From the human T2T-CHM13v2.0 reference genome, Homo sapiens, in the NCBI RefSeq assembly GCF_009914755.1, contig NC_060925.1: a stretch of DNA of 64,000 bases; one strand, given 5' to 3'. Below the pieces are notes generated by a model. That model was not told the origin of the DNA and made no database searches. It was given only the letters and a program-made list of their open reading frames with translations. A program made the position numbers and the translations under genes. This document shows, one piece after another, positions 28,163-46,269 of this stretch; the stretch's first letter is position 1, and each line of letters begins with the position of its first letter.

Positions 28163-30224
28163 TTAATAAAGAAATTTGCATCTAATAATGTATCATTTTT
28201 ATTGTTTTTAAAGCAATCAGCTGACATACTGCAACACTGTCTTAAAGTTTTATTAGAATGTGTGAAATAGTCTAAAACTGATTCATTTGGGTTCTAGCAG
28301 CATTGTTGGATTTTATTCCAATCCATAACCCTTTGGAACACTGAAGGAATGCTATTTAACAGAGCAGTGACTCTTTCCAGCACGTTTTTATGCCTGTCTT
28401 CTGAATTCGGTGGGGCTGGTTCTTGTGACTCTATTGGGCCTTCAGGGGTCAAATCTGCTATAGGATCTGACCATTATGCTTTTTCCAGCCATTCCTTAGC
28501 TTTAGCTTCTGAGATCAAGATGTAGACTAGCTGATGAAGGTCTGAATAACCTAGCTCATATAATGAGCTCAAATTCTCAGGCAAACCCAATTGGATATTT
28601 ATGAGGGTCAGGAAATTCTTTATGCCTTGTAATTCAGCCTTTGAATAGGGTTCATAGACAATCACTGGGGTTCCCCTACCTGTTATTGGCTGTTCCCAAA
28701 ATGGGGTTATCATGAGAGAAGTCCCTGCGGAGTTCCCCTTTTCCACATCTTCCAGATGAGATGCTGCATTGGGGCTGTCGGGTAATCTTCCGTGGGTGGG
28801 GTCTTTGAAGTCAGATTCCCAACTGCCTTCTGTTAAGTGAGTGTTAAACATGCAGGAGAAGGTGGGGACAGATCTGGTCCCGGAATTTCAGAGAGGTCAG
28901 GGTAGAGTGGGGTTGGAGGTGGAGGTGGGGGAGGTGCCTAGGGGGAAGCAAGAGATCCCAAGGATTTATTTAAGGGAGATAAAAGATGAGAGAGTTCTTG
29001 ACTAGCATTTCTAACTTGTTTGTTCACCTCCTGTAGGGAGATGAGGTGGCCTTCCCCAGTTTTGCTACTTTCCAGATACCACTAAAAATGGCTCTCCCAT
29101 TCTGGTTGTTTAGTTTTTGTCTCTGCGTTTTCCATCTTGGTTTGCAAGTACACTAATTTGGGCATCTCAAAAGATTCCCATTTAAGCCACTGTAATTTAG
29201 AATCTGCTTTAGTTATAGTGGTCCACTTGGTTAAATATTTGCATGATGATTCACCATAAGTATTTTGCATATACCCAGCCAGAGTTTCTAATGGGGGAAG
29301 TTTATCTTCCACAGCTGCTGGGGTCTTAGAGGCCTCGTTCTCCATAATTTAGAGTTCCTCTTTGGATTTGACCAAGTCAGGACATGTGTCACACCCAAAA
29401 TATGCTGCTTGCAAACCTAGCTTTTCAGGGCCATTACACCCTGAACTGGTTTGGTCCACACATATTGCAGCTACCAGGCACAATGTGTCAGGGGCTCAAG
29501 GTGCAGGAGGCGTTAGTTCCTTGCATGCACCTGCCAGCTGAGATTAGACCCTAAGTATGTTCTTCTGAGGGGGAAACTTATTTAGAGCCACTGCACATCT
29601 TAGGGAGCATTTCTCCCAGACACCCTCATGTGATTCTCAGTCACCTGAGAATGCCTAGAAAGGCTAAGGGGAGCAAGGTGTTCTATTTCTTCAGAGTGGA
29701 AGATTCCACACTAATGAGCTAGAGGGTTTGGTGTTGGTCAAATGCAATAGGGGAAAGGATAAAAACATACACATATAGGCATACACAAAAACATAAACAA
29801 ACAAAACAGTTAAGCAAAACTCACAATGATCACACAAGTTATACGATTTCTGAGTGTTCTAAGTGTAAGCAAGAAATTAACACCAGCTTGTTCTTAATGC
29901 TAATGTTAGTCATTTAAAAGAATTTGCAAGACAGAATCCCAAACCAGTTTCTTACCTAGCGATGGGGGCCCAAGCTGAAGACAACTCTCCAGTGATGCAG
30001 AAGCAGATGAGCTTGCCTTCCTTGATGGAAGCAAGTGGAAAAACTCCCACAAAATAAAGACTTTTTTTTTTTAACAGCATTCAAACCTCAGATCCCCAAC
30101 TGAAAAACGCTGGAAGATTCCCAGACTTCGGCAAATCATCCTATCGGTTTGGGCTGTAAGGTGCCCAAGCTAGTACCAATCACCAAGAGGCAAACTGCAG
30201 CAGGCCAGGTATCTTTCACTCAGG

Positions 30225-30242
30225 ATCCCTTTGTGGTTACCA
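30225..30242 (-). promoter_or_regulatory. Primer-binding site, tRNA-Arg-like
   Basis: TGGTAACCACAAAGGGAT 2 nt after the LTR; differs from TGGCGACCACGAAGGGAC mainly by CpG decay. Confidence 0.6.
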
Positions 30243-30808
30243 GATGTCAATCAAGAAAAATGATGAGACAAGTCTCAATCATTTCATGAGATTTATTTGC
30301 CAAAGTTAAGGACTTGCCCAGGAGACAGATCTATGCCTTTCTCCAAAGGCAAAAGGCTCCAAATTTAAAGTGGAAAGGGCGGGATATTGAGAAGGACACA
30401 GTTTTCATGTAAGTGCATTTTTACATAAGATGACATAAAAGGAGCAGAGGAAAAATACAGGAATCTGCATTTTACATAAGATAACACAGACAACATGGAG
30501 TAGGGGAACAATCAGATATGCATTTGTGTCTGGTGAGCTGAGGTAACTGCACATTATAAAGATAAGCTATCAATTTGCACTGCCATGGTGAAGTTTTAAC
30601 AATTCACTAGGAATTTCCTTGTGGGCAAAATATGGGGGAAGTGTGTAGCTCTTCATCTTGTAGCCATCTTATTTAGGAACTAAAAGGGGAAGGCAGATTT
30701 GCATGACCCAGTTCCCAACTTGACTTTTCCCATTGGTTAAATGTGTTTGGGGTCCCAAAATTAATTTCCTTTCACAGTGTAAATAACCGTGTCTGTCAGT
30801 AGTGGTAT

Positions 30809-31415
30809 TGAAATGGCTCCGTTGTCTGGGGATATACCCATGGTTCTTTGTCTTGCTCCAAGAAAGAATTCAGGACATGGACACACACAAGGAGTGGGTT
30901 TAGGAGAGGAAAGTTTAATAGACAAAGAAGAGAAAGAAAGCTTTCTCATGCTGAGAAAGCAGGTCGCCCAAGAGAGGGTCTCCAGGTTTGGGGTGGAACA
31001 CGATCAATTTTGCACAGAGGCTTGAGGACGCAGTGATTGATTTACCTGGTCAGTTGGTTTGACCAGGTGTGCTATTTAAATAGCCTATGAAAAGACTGGC
31101 CCTTCCACCCTAATTTTTTGTTATGCAAATGCGGCTTCTACCTGGTGGTCACTATGACACCTGCACAGGTGGTGACAAGGAAAAGAGAGCACAAAATGGC
31201 ATATTGAACATACCTTGCTTCCAGGTACAGCTGCTGGCATTTACATATAAAAGCTTCTAGCTTGCATATTTATGCTTGCAGCTCGACTTTTCAGGCTGCT
31301 TTCTGTGAGGGAAGAAATGGTTTGGGGGCTGCTTTTTACTGAAGGAAAATTTCACTGAGAACTCTTTTACCCTTTCTAGCTGCCTAAAATTAATTTATTA
31401 ATAACTCCTATGTTA
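30809..31415 (-). mobile_element. Solo ERV1 LTR (LTR9/MER61-like)
   Basis: LTR-like termini and sequence; 4-bp TSD GTAT at 30805-30808 and 31416-31419. Confidence 0.75.
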
Positions 31416-32019
31416 GTATGGTTAATTTATGACACAACCTGTCACAACCAACACTAACACTAGCACAGACTGCTTGGGTTCCAGGGGGTTGCTCCACCAT
31501 TGCTACTATTTCAAGAAACAGAAAATTCAAAGTTAACTGGCATGACAAGAAACAACTGGTGGCTCACATAATTGGGAGTCCAGCAATAGGGAGGGCTTCT
31601 GGGTGGACTTAATCCAGTAGCTTCGGTGACATTCCCTGAGAATGGGAATTCTCCACATTTCCCTTGGATCTGCCCTTCTCCCTAGGCCAGCTTCATTCTC
31701 AGTGTAGTAAGTGGATAGTACCAAAATTTCAGGCTACAGTCTGCAGAAAAAGAGGGGAAAGTAATTCCAGGAGTCTTCCAGAAGGACAATCTGACAGGTA
31801 GCTGCTTGCACCCAAAAAGTCTGTTTCCCCCTTCATCCTGGTCACATGGCCACCTCTCTGGCACGTACATTTCCCAGTCTTCCTTGCAGTTTGTGTGGCC
31901 ATGTGACCAAGTTCTTGAAAACAGTATGTGAATAGAGATAATGTGTGCAATTTCTCCCTCACTTACTTAAAAAAGGAAATTGTTTACTCTAAACTTCTCA
32001 CTTTCTTTTTTCTGCAAGC

Positions 32020-36745
<4,726 letters not shown>

Positions 36746-36785
36746 AACAAAAATAATAACAACAAAAATAACAACAAAAACCACA

Positions 36786-37120
36786 GGCTAAACACAGTGG
36801 CTCATGCCTGTAATGTCAGCACTTTGGGAAGCCAAGCAGGAGGATTACTTGAGCTCAGATGCTCAAGACTAGTCTGGGTAACATAGTGAGACCTCATCTC
36901 TACAAAAAATTTAAAAATTAGCTATGCATGGTGATTTGTGCCTGTGGTTCCAGCCACTTAGGAGGTTGAGGTGGGAGGATCACTTCAGCCCAGGTGGTCA
37001 AAGTTGCAGTGAAGCCATGATCTAGCCACTGCACTCCAGCCTGGGCAGCAGAGTAAGACACTGTCTCAAAAAAAAGAAGAAGAAGAAGAAGGAGGAGGAG
37101 GAGGAGGAGGAGGAGGAGGA
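36786..37120 (+). mobile_element. Alu (AluJ-like) whose tail has become (AAG)n(GGA)n
   Basis: Forward Alu followed by a purine triplet microsatellite at ~37076-37120. Confidence 0.88.
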
Positions 37121-37180
37121 GTGACATATTGGTGTTTATTAATGAAAACTGTTCTTTTGACCTTTCTGTGGGCTTGATAT

Positions 37181-40100
37181 TGAGAGGTGAAGCCAGCTGG
37201 ACTTCCTGGGCCAAATGGGGACTTGGAGAAATTTTCTGTCTTACAAGAGGATTGTAAAACGCACCAGTCAGCACTCTAGCTAGCAAGAGGTTTGTAAAAT
37301 ACACCAATCAGTGCTCTGTAAAAATGCACCAATCAGTACTCTGTAGCTAGCAAGAGGTTTGTAAAATGCACCAATTTGGCACTCTGTAAAATGGACCAAT
37401 CAGCAGGATTCTAAAAGTAACCAATCACGTTGAGGATTGAGAAAAGGGCATTCTGATATGACAGAAACAGGACATGGAAGGGGACAAATAAGGGAATAAA
37501 AGCTGACCACCCCAGTCAGCAGTGGCAACCGACTCAGGTCCCCTTCCATGCTGTGGAAGCTTTGTTCTTTCACTTTTCACAATAAATCTTTCTGCTGCTC
37601 ACTCTTTGCGTCTCTGCCATCTTTAAGAGCTGTAACACTCACTGCGAAGGTCCGCGGCTCCATTCTTGAAGTCAGCAAGACCATGAACCCACTGGAAGGA
37701 ACTAACTCTGGACACATCCTGGGGGCTTGTCTGGGATTTTGCCACATGGTGAGTACCATCGGACCACTTTCACTGCTATTCTGTCCTATTTTTCCTTAGA
37801 ATTCAGGGGCTAAACACTGGGCACCTGTCGGCCAGTTAAAAGCTACTAGTGCAGCTGCCAGACTAAAGACATGGGTGTCAGGCTTTCTAGGAAAGGGCTC
37901 TCTAACCACCCCCAACTCTTTGGAGTTGGGAGTGTTGGTTTGCCTGGAACCAGCTTCTGCTTTTTCAGTACTTCCGGGCTGAGCCGAGGGTCGACAGAGA
38001 GGAAAGCCATTCAGCACCTGGTTACCGACAAAAAGTTGGTTGACCCTGCAGCCATGAGCAGAACTCTCAAAGTCACATTGCCCAAGCGAGACTCACCCAT
38101 CTATCCTATCTATCCTGAGCCTTGCCTCCTGGGTCCTAACACCTGTCAGACAAACTTCCTCCTGCCTCTCTTCTCCAAGGCCACTCCTGCTTCTAAAAAC
38201 CACTCTCTGTCTCTGGTGCTTTTCTAGGTTCTCCTATAAGAATGATTTCTAGTGTAAATTTCAGGACTCTGTTCCCTTCTGTAGGCACCCAGCCTCACCA
38301 ATCAGAAGGACATAATTTTTGCCCAAAGCCCCATCAGGGTGGGGGGACTATCTGGAATTTTAAGATCCCTCCTCAGACTAGCAGGCCTAACAAAGGCTAT
38401 TCCCGAAGCTAGGATATGGGGAGCCTCGGAAATTATATCCTTCCTATGTCCTCAGAAGTGAGGACAAAAGGCATCACCCTTCAAACCCTAGAGATCCTTT
38501 CCCTCCCTCAAGGTATGGCCCTCCACTCCATTTTGAGGCATATTATCTTTATAGGACAAGGGTAAGGTCCCAATACTAACAGGAAAAAATGCTTAGGACT
38601 CTAACAGGTTTTTGAGAATGCATCAGTAAGGGCCACTAAATCCAATTTTTCTCAGTCCTCTGTAGTCTAAGAGGAAAGGCAAGGGTGCAGGTTTTCAAGA
38701 GTGCATCAGTAAGGGCCACTAAATCCAACCTTCCTTGGTCCTTTTTTCGGTCTAGGAGGAAAACTAGTGTTTCCACTGCTGCTTCAGTGAGCACAACTAT
38801 TCCGATCAGCAGCATCCAGGGACCGTTGTGCGTTCTTACGGGGGAGGGAAAAAACAAACCAAAACTGTGGGTGGTTTTTTCTTTCAGATGAGAAACACTC
38901 GGGCCTCAAGAGGCTCACCCTTGAAATGCATCCTAAGCCATTGAGACCAATTTGATCCACAACCCCTGAAAAATAAACAGCTTATCTTTTTTCCTGCACT
39001 ATGGCCTGGCCCCAATATTCTCTCCCTGATGGGGAAAAATGGCCACCTGAGGGAAGTATAAATTACAATACTATCCTGCAGCTTGACCTTTTCTGTAAGG
39101 GGGAAGGCAAATGGAATGAAATACCTTATGTCAAAGCTTTCTTTTCATTGAAGGATAATCTACAACTATGCAAAGCTTGCAATTTACATTCCACAAGAGG
39201 ACCTCTCAGCTTACCTCCATATCCTAGCCTTCCTATAGCTCCCCTTTCTATTAATGATAAGTCTCCTCTAATCTCCCCTACCCAGAAGGAAACAAGCAAA
39301 GAAATCTCCAAGGGACCACAAAAACCCCTGGGCTATCGGTTATGTTCCCTTCAAGCTGTAGGGGGAGGAGAATTTGGCCCAACTCGGGTACATGTCCCCT
39401 TCTCCCTCTCTGATTTAAAGCAGATCAAGGTAGACATGGGGAAGTTTTCAGATGATCCTGATAGGTATTTAGATGTCCTACAGGGTCTAGGGCAAACCTT
39501 TGACCTCACTTGGAGAGATGTCATGCTATTGTTAGATCAAACCCTGGCCTTTAATGAAAAGAATGTGGCTTTAGCTGCAGCCTGAGAGTTTGGAGATACC
39601 TGGTACCTTAGTCAAGTAAATGATAGAATGACAGCCGAAGAAAGGGACAAATTCCCTACCAGTCAGCAAGCCATCCCCAGTATGGATCCCCACTGGGACC
39701 TCGACTCAGATCATGGGGACTGGAGTCACAAACAACTATTGACCTGTGTTCTAGAAGGACTAAGGAGAATAGAAAAAAACCCATAAATTATTCAGTGATG
39801 TCCACCATAACTCAGGGAAAGGAAGAATATCCTTCTGTCTTCCTTGAGCGGCTACAGGAGGCCTTAAGAAAATATACTCCCCTGTCACCTGACTCCCTTG
39901 AGGGTCAATTGATGCTAAAAGATAAGTTTATTACCCAATCAGCCACAGATATCAGGAGAAAGCTCCAAAAGCAAGCCCTGGGCCCTGAACAAAATCTGGA
40001 GGCATTATTAAACCTGGCAACCTTGGTGTTCTATAATAGGGACCAAGAGGAACAGGCCAAAAAGGAAAAGTGAGATCAGAGAAAGGCTGCAGCCTTAGTC

Positions 40101-43100
40101 ATGGCCCTCAGACAAACCAACCTTGGTGGTTCAGAGAGGGCAGAAAATGGAGCAGGCCAATCACCTGGTACAGTTTGTTATCAGTGTGGTTTGCAAGGAC
40201 ACCTTAAAAAAGACTGTCCAACAAGAAACAAGCCACATCCTCGTCCATGTCCGCTATGACAAGGCAATCACTGGAAGGTGCACTGCCCCAGAGAACAAAG
40301 GTTCTCTGAGCCAGAAGCCCCCAACCAGATGATCCAACAACAGGACTGAGGGTGACCAGGGCAAGTGCCAGCTCATGTCATCACCCTTACTGAGCCCTGG
40401 GTAAGATTAACCGTTAAGGTCCAGGAAATTGACTTCCTCCTGGACACTGGTGTGGCCTTCTTGGTGTTAATCTCCTGCCCCAGACAGCTGTCCTCAAGGT
40501 CTGTTACCATCCGAGGAATCCTGAGACAGCCTGTAATCAGGTATTTGTCCCTCCTCCTCAGCTGTAATTGGGAGACTTTGCTCTTTTTATATGCCTTTAT
40601 TGTTATGCCTGAAAGTCCCACACCTTATTAATGAGGGACATATTGGCCAAAGCTGGAGCTATTACCTATATGAATATGGGAACAAGTTACCCATTTGTTG
40701 TCCCCTTCTGGAGGAGGAAATCAACTCTGAAGTCTGGGCATTGGAAGGACAATTCAGAAGGGCAAAAAAATGCCCACCCAGTCCAAATCAGGCTAAAGGA
40801 CCCCACTACTTTTCCTTATGAAACGCAATATCCCATAAGGCCTGAAGCTCATAAAGGATTACAGGATATTGTTAGACATTTAAAAGCTCAAGTCTTAGTA
40901 AGAAAATGCAACAGTCCCCACAACATCCCAATTCTAGGAGTACAAAAACCGAATAGTCAGTGGAGACTAGTGCAAGATCTTAGACTTATCAATGAGGCAG
41001 TAATTTCTCTATATCCAACCCCTATACCCTCCTCTCTCAAATACCAGAGGAAGCAGAATGGTTCACAGTTCTGGACCTTAAGGATACCTTCTTCTACATA
41101 CCCCTGCACTCTGACTCCCAGTTTCTCTTTCCCTTTGAGGATCCCACACACCACACATCCCAACTTACATGGATGGTCTTGCCCCAAGGGTTTAGAGATA
41201 GCCCTCATCTGTTTGGTCAGGCACGGGCCCAAGATCTAGGCCACTTCTCAAGTCCAGGCACTCTGGTCCTTCAATATGTGGATGATTTACTTTTGGCTAC
41301 CAGTTCAGAAGCCTCATGCCAGCAGGCTACTCTGGATCTCTTGAATTTTCTAGCTAATCCAAGGTACAAGGCCCAGCTCTGCCTACAACAACTCAGATAT
41401 CTAGGCCTAATCTTAGCCAGAAGAACCAGGGCCCTCAGCAAGGAATGAATACAGCCTATACTGGCTTATCCTTGCCCTAAGACATGAAAATCATTGTGGG
41501 AGTTCCTTGGAATCACCGGCTTTTGCTGACTATGGATCCTCAGATACAGCGAGAAGGCCAGACCACTCTATACTCTAATCAAGGAAACCCAGAGGGCAAA
41601 TACTCATCTAGTAGAATGGGAACCAGAGGCAGAAACAGCCTTCAAAACCTTAAAGCAGGCCCTAGCACAAGCTCCAGCCTTAAGCCTTCCACAGGACAAA
41701 ACTTCTCTTTATGCGTCAGAGAAAGAGCTGGAATAGCTCTTGGAGTCCTTACTCAGACTCATGGGACAACCCCACATCAGTGGCATATCTAAGTAAGGAA
41801 ACTGATGTAGTAGCAAAAGGCTGGCCTCACTGTTTATGGGTAGTTGTGGCAGTGGCCATCTTAGTATTAGAGGCTATCAAAATAATACAAGGAAAGGATT
41901 TCACTGTCTGGACTTCTCATGATGTAAATGGCATACTAGGTGCCAAAGGAAATTCATGGCTATCAGACAAACGCCTGCTTAGATACCAGGCACTACTCCT
42001 TGAGGGACCAGTGCTTCAAATACACACGTGTGTGGCCCTCAACCCTGCTATTTTTCTCCCAGAGGATGGAGAGCCAATCAAGCATGACTACCAACAAATT
42101 GTAGCCCAGACTTATGTCACCTGAGAGGATCTCTTAGAAGTCCCCTTAGCTAATCCTGACCTTAACCTATATACCAATGGAAGTTCATTTGTGGAGAATG
42201 GGATACGAAGGGCAGGTTATGCCATAGTTAATGATGTAACAGTACTTGAAAGTAAGCATCTTCCTCCAGGGACCAGCACTGTTAGCAGAACTAGTGGCAC
42301 TTACCCAAGCCTTAGAACTGGGAAAGGGAAAAAGAATAAATGTGTATACAAATAGCAAATATGCTTATCTAATCCTACATGCCCATGCTGCAATGTGGGA
42401 AGAAAGGGAGTTCATAACCTCTGGGTGAACCCCCATTAAATACCACAAGGAAATCATTAAGTTATTGCATGTGGTGCAAAAACCTAAGGAGATGGCAGTC
42501 TTACACTGCCAAAGCCATCAAAAAGGTGAAGGAGAAAAGGCAGAAGGAAACTGTCGGGCAGATGCTGAGGCCAAAATTGCTGCCAGGTGGAACCTACCAT
42601 TAGAAATACCTGTAGAAGGGCCACTGGTATGGAACAACCCTCTCCAAGAGATTAAGCCCCAGTATTTCCCAACTTAAACAGAATGGGGACTTTCACGGGG
42701 GCATAGTTTTCTCCCCTCAGGGTGGTTCACTACGGAAGAGGGAAAGGTACTCATACCTGAAGCCAGACAGTGGAAAATACTTAAGACCCTCCACCAAACT
42801 TTTCATATGGGTATTGAGAACACTCATCAAATGGCTAAATCTCTATTTACGGGTCCAAATCTCCTCTGGACCATCCAACAAGTAGTCAAAGCCTGTGAGG
42901 TGTGCCAAAGGAATAATCCCTTGGTCCATCATAAGGCCCCTCTGGGGGAACAAAGAATAGGGCACAATCCCAGAGAGGACTGGCAGTTAGACTTCACCCA
43001 TATGCCTAAGTCTAAGGGATTTCAACACTTGTTGGTCTGTGTTGAAACCTTTACAAATTGGATAGAAGCCTTCCCCTGCAAGACAGAGAAGGCTCAGGAA

Positions 43101-45215
43101 GTGGTTAAAGTCCTAATGCATGAAATAATTCCTAGATTTGGGCTTCCCCAAAGCTTACAAAGTGACAATGGTCTGGCTTTTAAAGCCACGGTAACAGGGA
43201 ATTTCCAGGGTGCTAGGGATATCATATTACCTCCACTGCGCCTGGAGGCCACAATCCTTAGGGAAGGTTGAGAAGGCAAATCCCTATAACCATGAATACC
43301 ATCTTAACTTTCCAAGCCCCTCTATGCATCCAACACAACCCGTTATCAGGCCTGCCCCTGGGGGACCTATTATCCCATCAGTGTAATTACATCCTACAAC
43401 TTCAAGCCCGAACTGATTATAGTAACTTCCGAGTCACCCAAACAGCTCCACTCAGATGGCTTGTCCACTTCTCAGAGCCTCCAAAAATCATCACCTCCTC
43501 CCTGCTTAACAAACAGTCTGGGTTTTTTAATAGCAAACATACTCCCTGCATGACCATTCACCCCTGGACCCCCTGCAGCAGTGCCCCCACCACTAGTGAA
43601 TGCCTCCTCATCCCCTCTTTCAATTAATCTATTGAATGGTTCCTAGTAGATACAAAACGGCTTTTTCCCCCAATGGGAAGATAGAGCACAGGGAGCCACT
43701 CAGTTTGCTCCCAACACCCCTTTCCAGCCACTCACCGGAGCCACCTTGGCACGTACTCTAGGAGTATGGGAAAATGAAAACAACAAACTCACACACCTTT
43801 TTAACGTACACAACCAGTTCTGTCTACCCAGCCAAGACGTATTCTTCTTACATGGAATGTCAACCTATATCTGCCTCCCCACCAACTGGACAGGCACCTG
43901 CACCTTAGTCTTCCTAAGTCCCAATATAAACATTGCCCAGACCCTATCAGTGCTCCTCAAAGCACAAGTCCATCAGCACAGGGCCATACAACTAATACCC
44001 CTACTTATAGGGTTAGGAATGGCCACTGCTACAGGAACCGGAATAGCAGATTTATCCACTTCATTATCCTACTACCACACACTCTCAAAGCATTTCTCAG
44101 GCAGTTTGCAAGAAAGAACAAAATCTATCCTTACTCTACAATCCCAAATAGACTCTTTGGCAGCAGTGACTCTCTAAAACCACTGAGGCCTAACCTCCTC
44201 ACTGCTGAGAAAGGAGGACTTTGCACCTTCTTAGGGGACGAGTGTTGCTTTTACACTAACCAGTCAGGGTTAATATGAGACGCCACCCGGCATTTACAGG
44301 AAAAGTCTTCTGAAATCAGACAATGCCTTTCAAATTCTTATACCATTCTCTGGAGTTGGGCAACATGGCTTCTCCCCTTTCTAGGTCTCATGACAACCAT
44401 CTTGCTATTACTTGCCTTCGGGCCCTGTATTTTTAAGCTCTTTGTCAATTTGTTTCCTCCAGGATCGAGGCCATCAAGCTACAGATGGTTTTGCAAATTA
44501 AACCCCAAATGAGCTCAACTAACAACTTCTACCAAGGACCCCCTGGATCGACCCACTGGCCCTTTGATACCTAGAGAGTTTCCCTCTGGAGGATACTACA
44601 ATTCAGGGTCTCTTCTTCACCCCTATCCAGCAGGAAGTAGCTAGAGCAGTCATTGCGCAATTCTCAAAAGCAGTTGGGGTGTCCTGTTTAAAGGGGGTAT
44701 TGAGAGGTGAAGCCAGCTGGACTTCCTGGGTCGAGTAGAGACTTGGAGAACTTTTCTGTCTTACAAGAGGATTGTAAAATGCACCAATCAGTGCTCTGTA
44801 GCTAGCAAGAAGTTTGTAAAATGCACCAATCAGTTCTCTGTAAAATGGACCAATCAGTGCTCTGTAAAATGGACCAATCAGCGCTCTGTAAAATGGATCA
44901 ATCAGCAGGATTCTAAAAGTAACCAATCGTGGGGAGAATTGAGAAAAGGGCATTCTGATAAGACAGAAACAGGACATGGGAGGGGACAAATAAGAGAAAG
45001 CTGGCCACCCCAGCCAGCGGCAGCAACTGGCTCGGGTCCCCTTCCACTCTGTGGAAGCTTTGTTCTTTCGCTCTTCACAATAAATCTTGCTGCTGCTCAC
45101 TCTTTGGGTCTGTGCCATCTTTTAAGAACTGTAACACTCACCACAAAGGTCCGCAGCTCCATTCTTGAAGTCAGGGAGACCAGGAACCCACCGGAAGGAA
45201 CTAACTCTGGACACA
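37181..45215 (+). mobile_element. HERV9-type provirus with LTR12F-like LTRs (37181-37716, 44701-45215); gag-pro-pol-env all disrupted
   Basis: TGAGAGGTGAAGCCAGCTGG...GGACACA LTRs; TSD ATAT at 37177-37180 and 45216-45219; gag [36 protein letters not shown]; protease LLDTG; RT LPQGFRDSP and YVDD; integrase WQLDFTHMP; env fusion peptide AIQLIPLLIGLG; purine tract before the 3' LTR. Confidence 0.95.
37720..37737 (+). promoter_or_regulatory. Primer-binding site matching tRNA-Pro
   Basis: TGGGGGCTTGTCTGGGAT vs the Pro PBS TGGGGGCTCGTCCGGGAT: 16/18, both differences CpG>TpG. Confidence 0.8.
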
Positions 45216-45223
45216 ATATTTTT

Positions 45224-45577
45224 TTTTCTTTTTTTAAATTTTTTTCTTTATTTCTTCTAAAAAAAAGTGGGATGCATGTGCAGAACGTGCAGGTTTGTTG
45301 CATAGGTACACGTGTGCCATGGTGATTTGCTGCACCTATTGACCTGTTCTCCTCTAAGTTCCCTCTCCTCACCCCCTACCCTACAACAGGCCCTACAACA
45401 TTCCCCTCTCTGTGTCCATGTGTTCTCATTGTTCAACTCCCACTTATGAGTGAGAACATGCAGTGTTTGGTTTTCTGTTCCTGTGTTAGTTTGCTGAGGA
45501 TGATGGCTTCCAGCTTCATCCATGTCCCTGCAAAGGACATGATCTTATTTCTTTTTATGGCTGCATAATATTCCATG
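45224..45577 (-). mobile_element. 5'-truncated L1PA 3' end
   Basis: T-rich tail then gtgcagaacgtgcaggtttgtt...ctcccacttatgagtgagaacatgcagtgtttgg, typical reverse L1PA 3' UTR. Confidence 0.9.
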
Positions 45578-46269
45578 ATATTTTTCAAAAGAAAATATTT
45601 GCTGCCAACAGAAGATTTTATATTAAAATCTGTATTTGCAGCTTTTACTGAAAAGAACCTAAGGCCTTGCCATATTGGGCTCATTTTCTCAAATAGCAAC
45701 ATTTAGCTGAACTGAATAGACAGAGAAAGTACTTTCCAGTCAGATCATATCTGGCCCACTTTCCTCGTGTATGTTACCCTCCTCACTCCTGTAGGCATTT
45801 GCATGTGTAGTCACAAGCAAATGTGGTTTAGAAATTGTTCAGTGAACCATGTTGGAAAATGTCCCTAAACACAAGTCCTAAAGATGGTCTGTTATATTAT
45901 CTTACAAGCACACAGTGGAAGGAAAAACAGTTAAGTTTTCTATTTCTGCCACAGCTTCTATAATTATTACCTTTCTTGTGCCCTAGGTTAATATCTAAAA
46001 ATAGCTTTATGCTTTCTCAAACACATTTCACCAGCTCCCTCTGCTGATCCAATCTGAAGGACAAAACAGCTTAAATTCCTTGTAAGTCCTGAACTTTAAA
46101 ATCACATTTCTGGGGTTGGAGAACTCCAAGCATGAAAGAACTTGATGAGGTAATGGTCATCTAAATAACTTTCTCCTTTGGACAGCTCCTATGGTAATCC
46201 AAGCAAGAGTCAGGGTGTAGAAGTTTGTTTCCAAAAGTAGAACTCCTGTTTCGCTGAGAAAGCTGTAAT

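Noticed and set aside
36918-37307. ORF with a poly-Leu stretch resembling a membrane protein
   Set aside because: Reverse translation of the (AAG)n(GGA)n Alu tail plus Alu and LTR sequence
39001-44177. HERV9 gag, pol and env ORF fragments as co-opted genes
   Set aside because: All are cut by stops and frameshifts (longest ~200 aa); env lacks its N-terminus and has stops in the TM region
44603-45118. 171-aa ORF with repeated LIGPFYRA units
   Set aside because: Antisense reading of the LTR12 CCAAT tandem repeat
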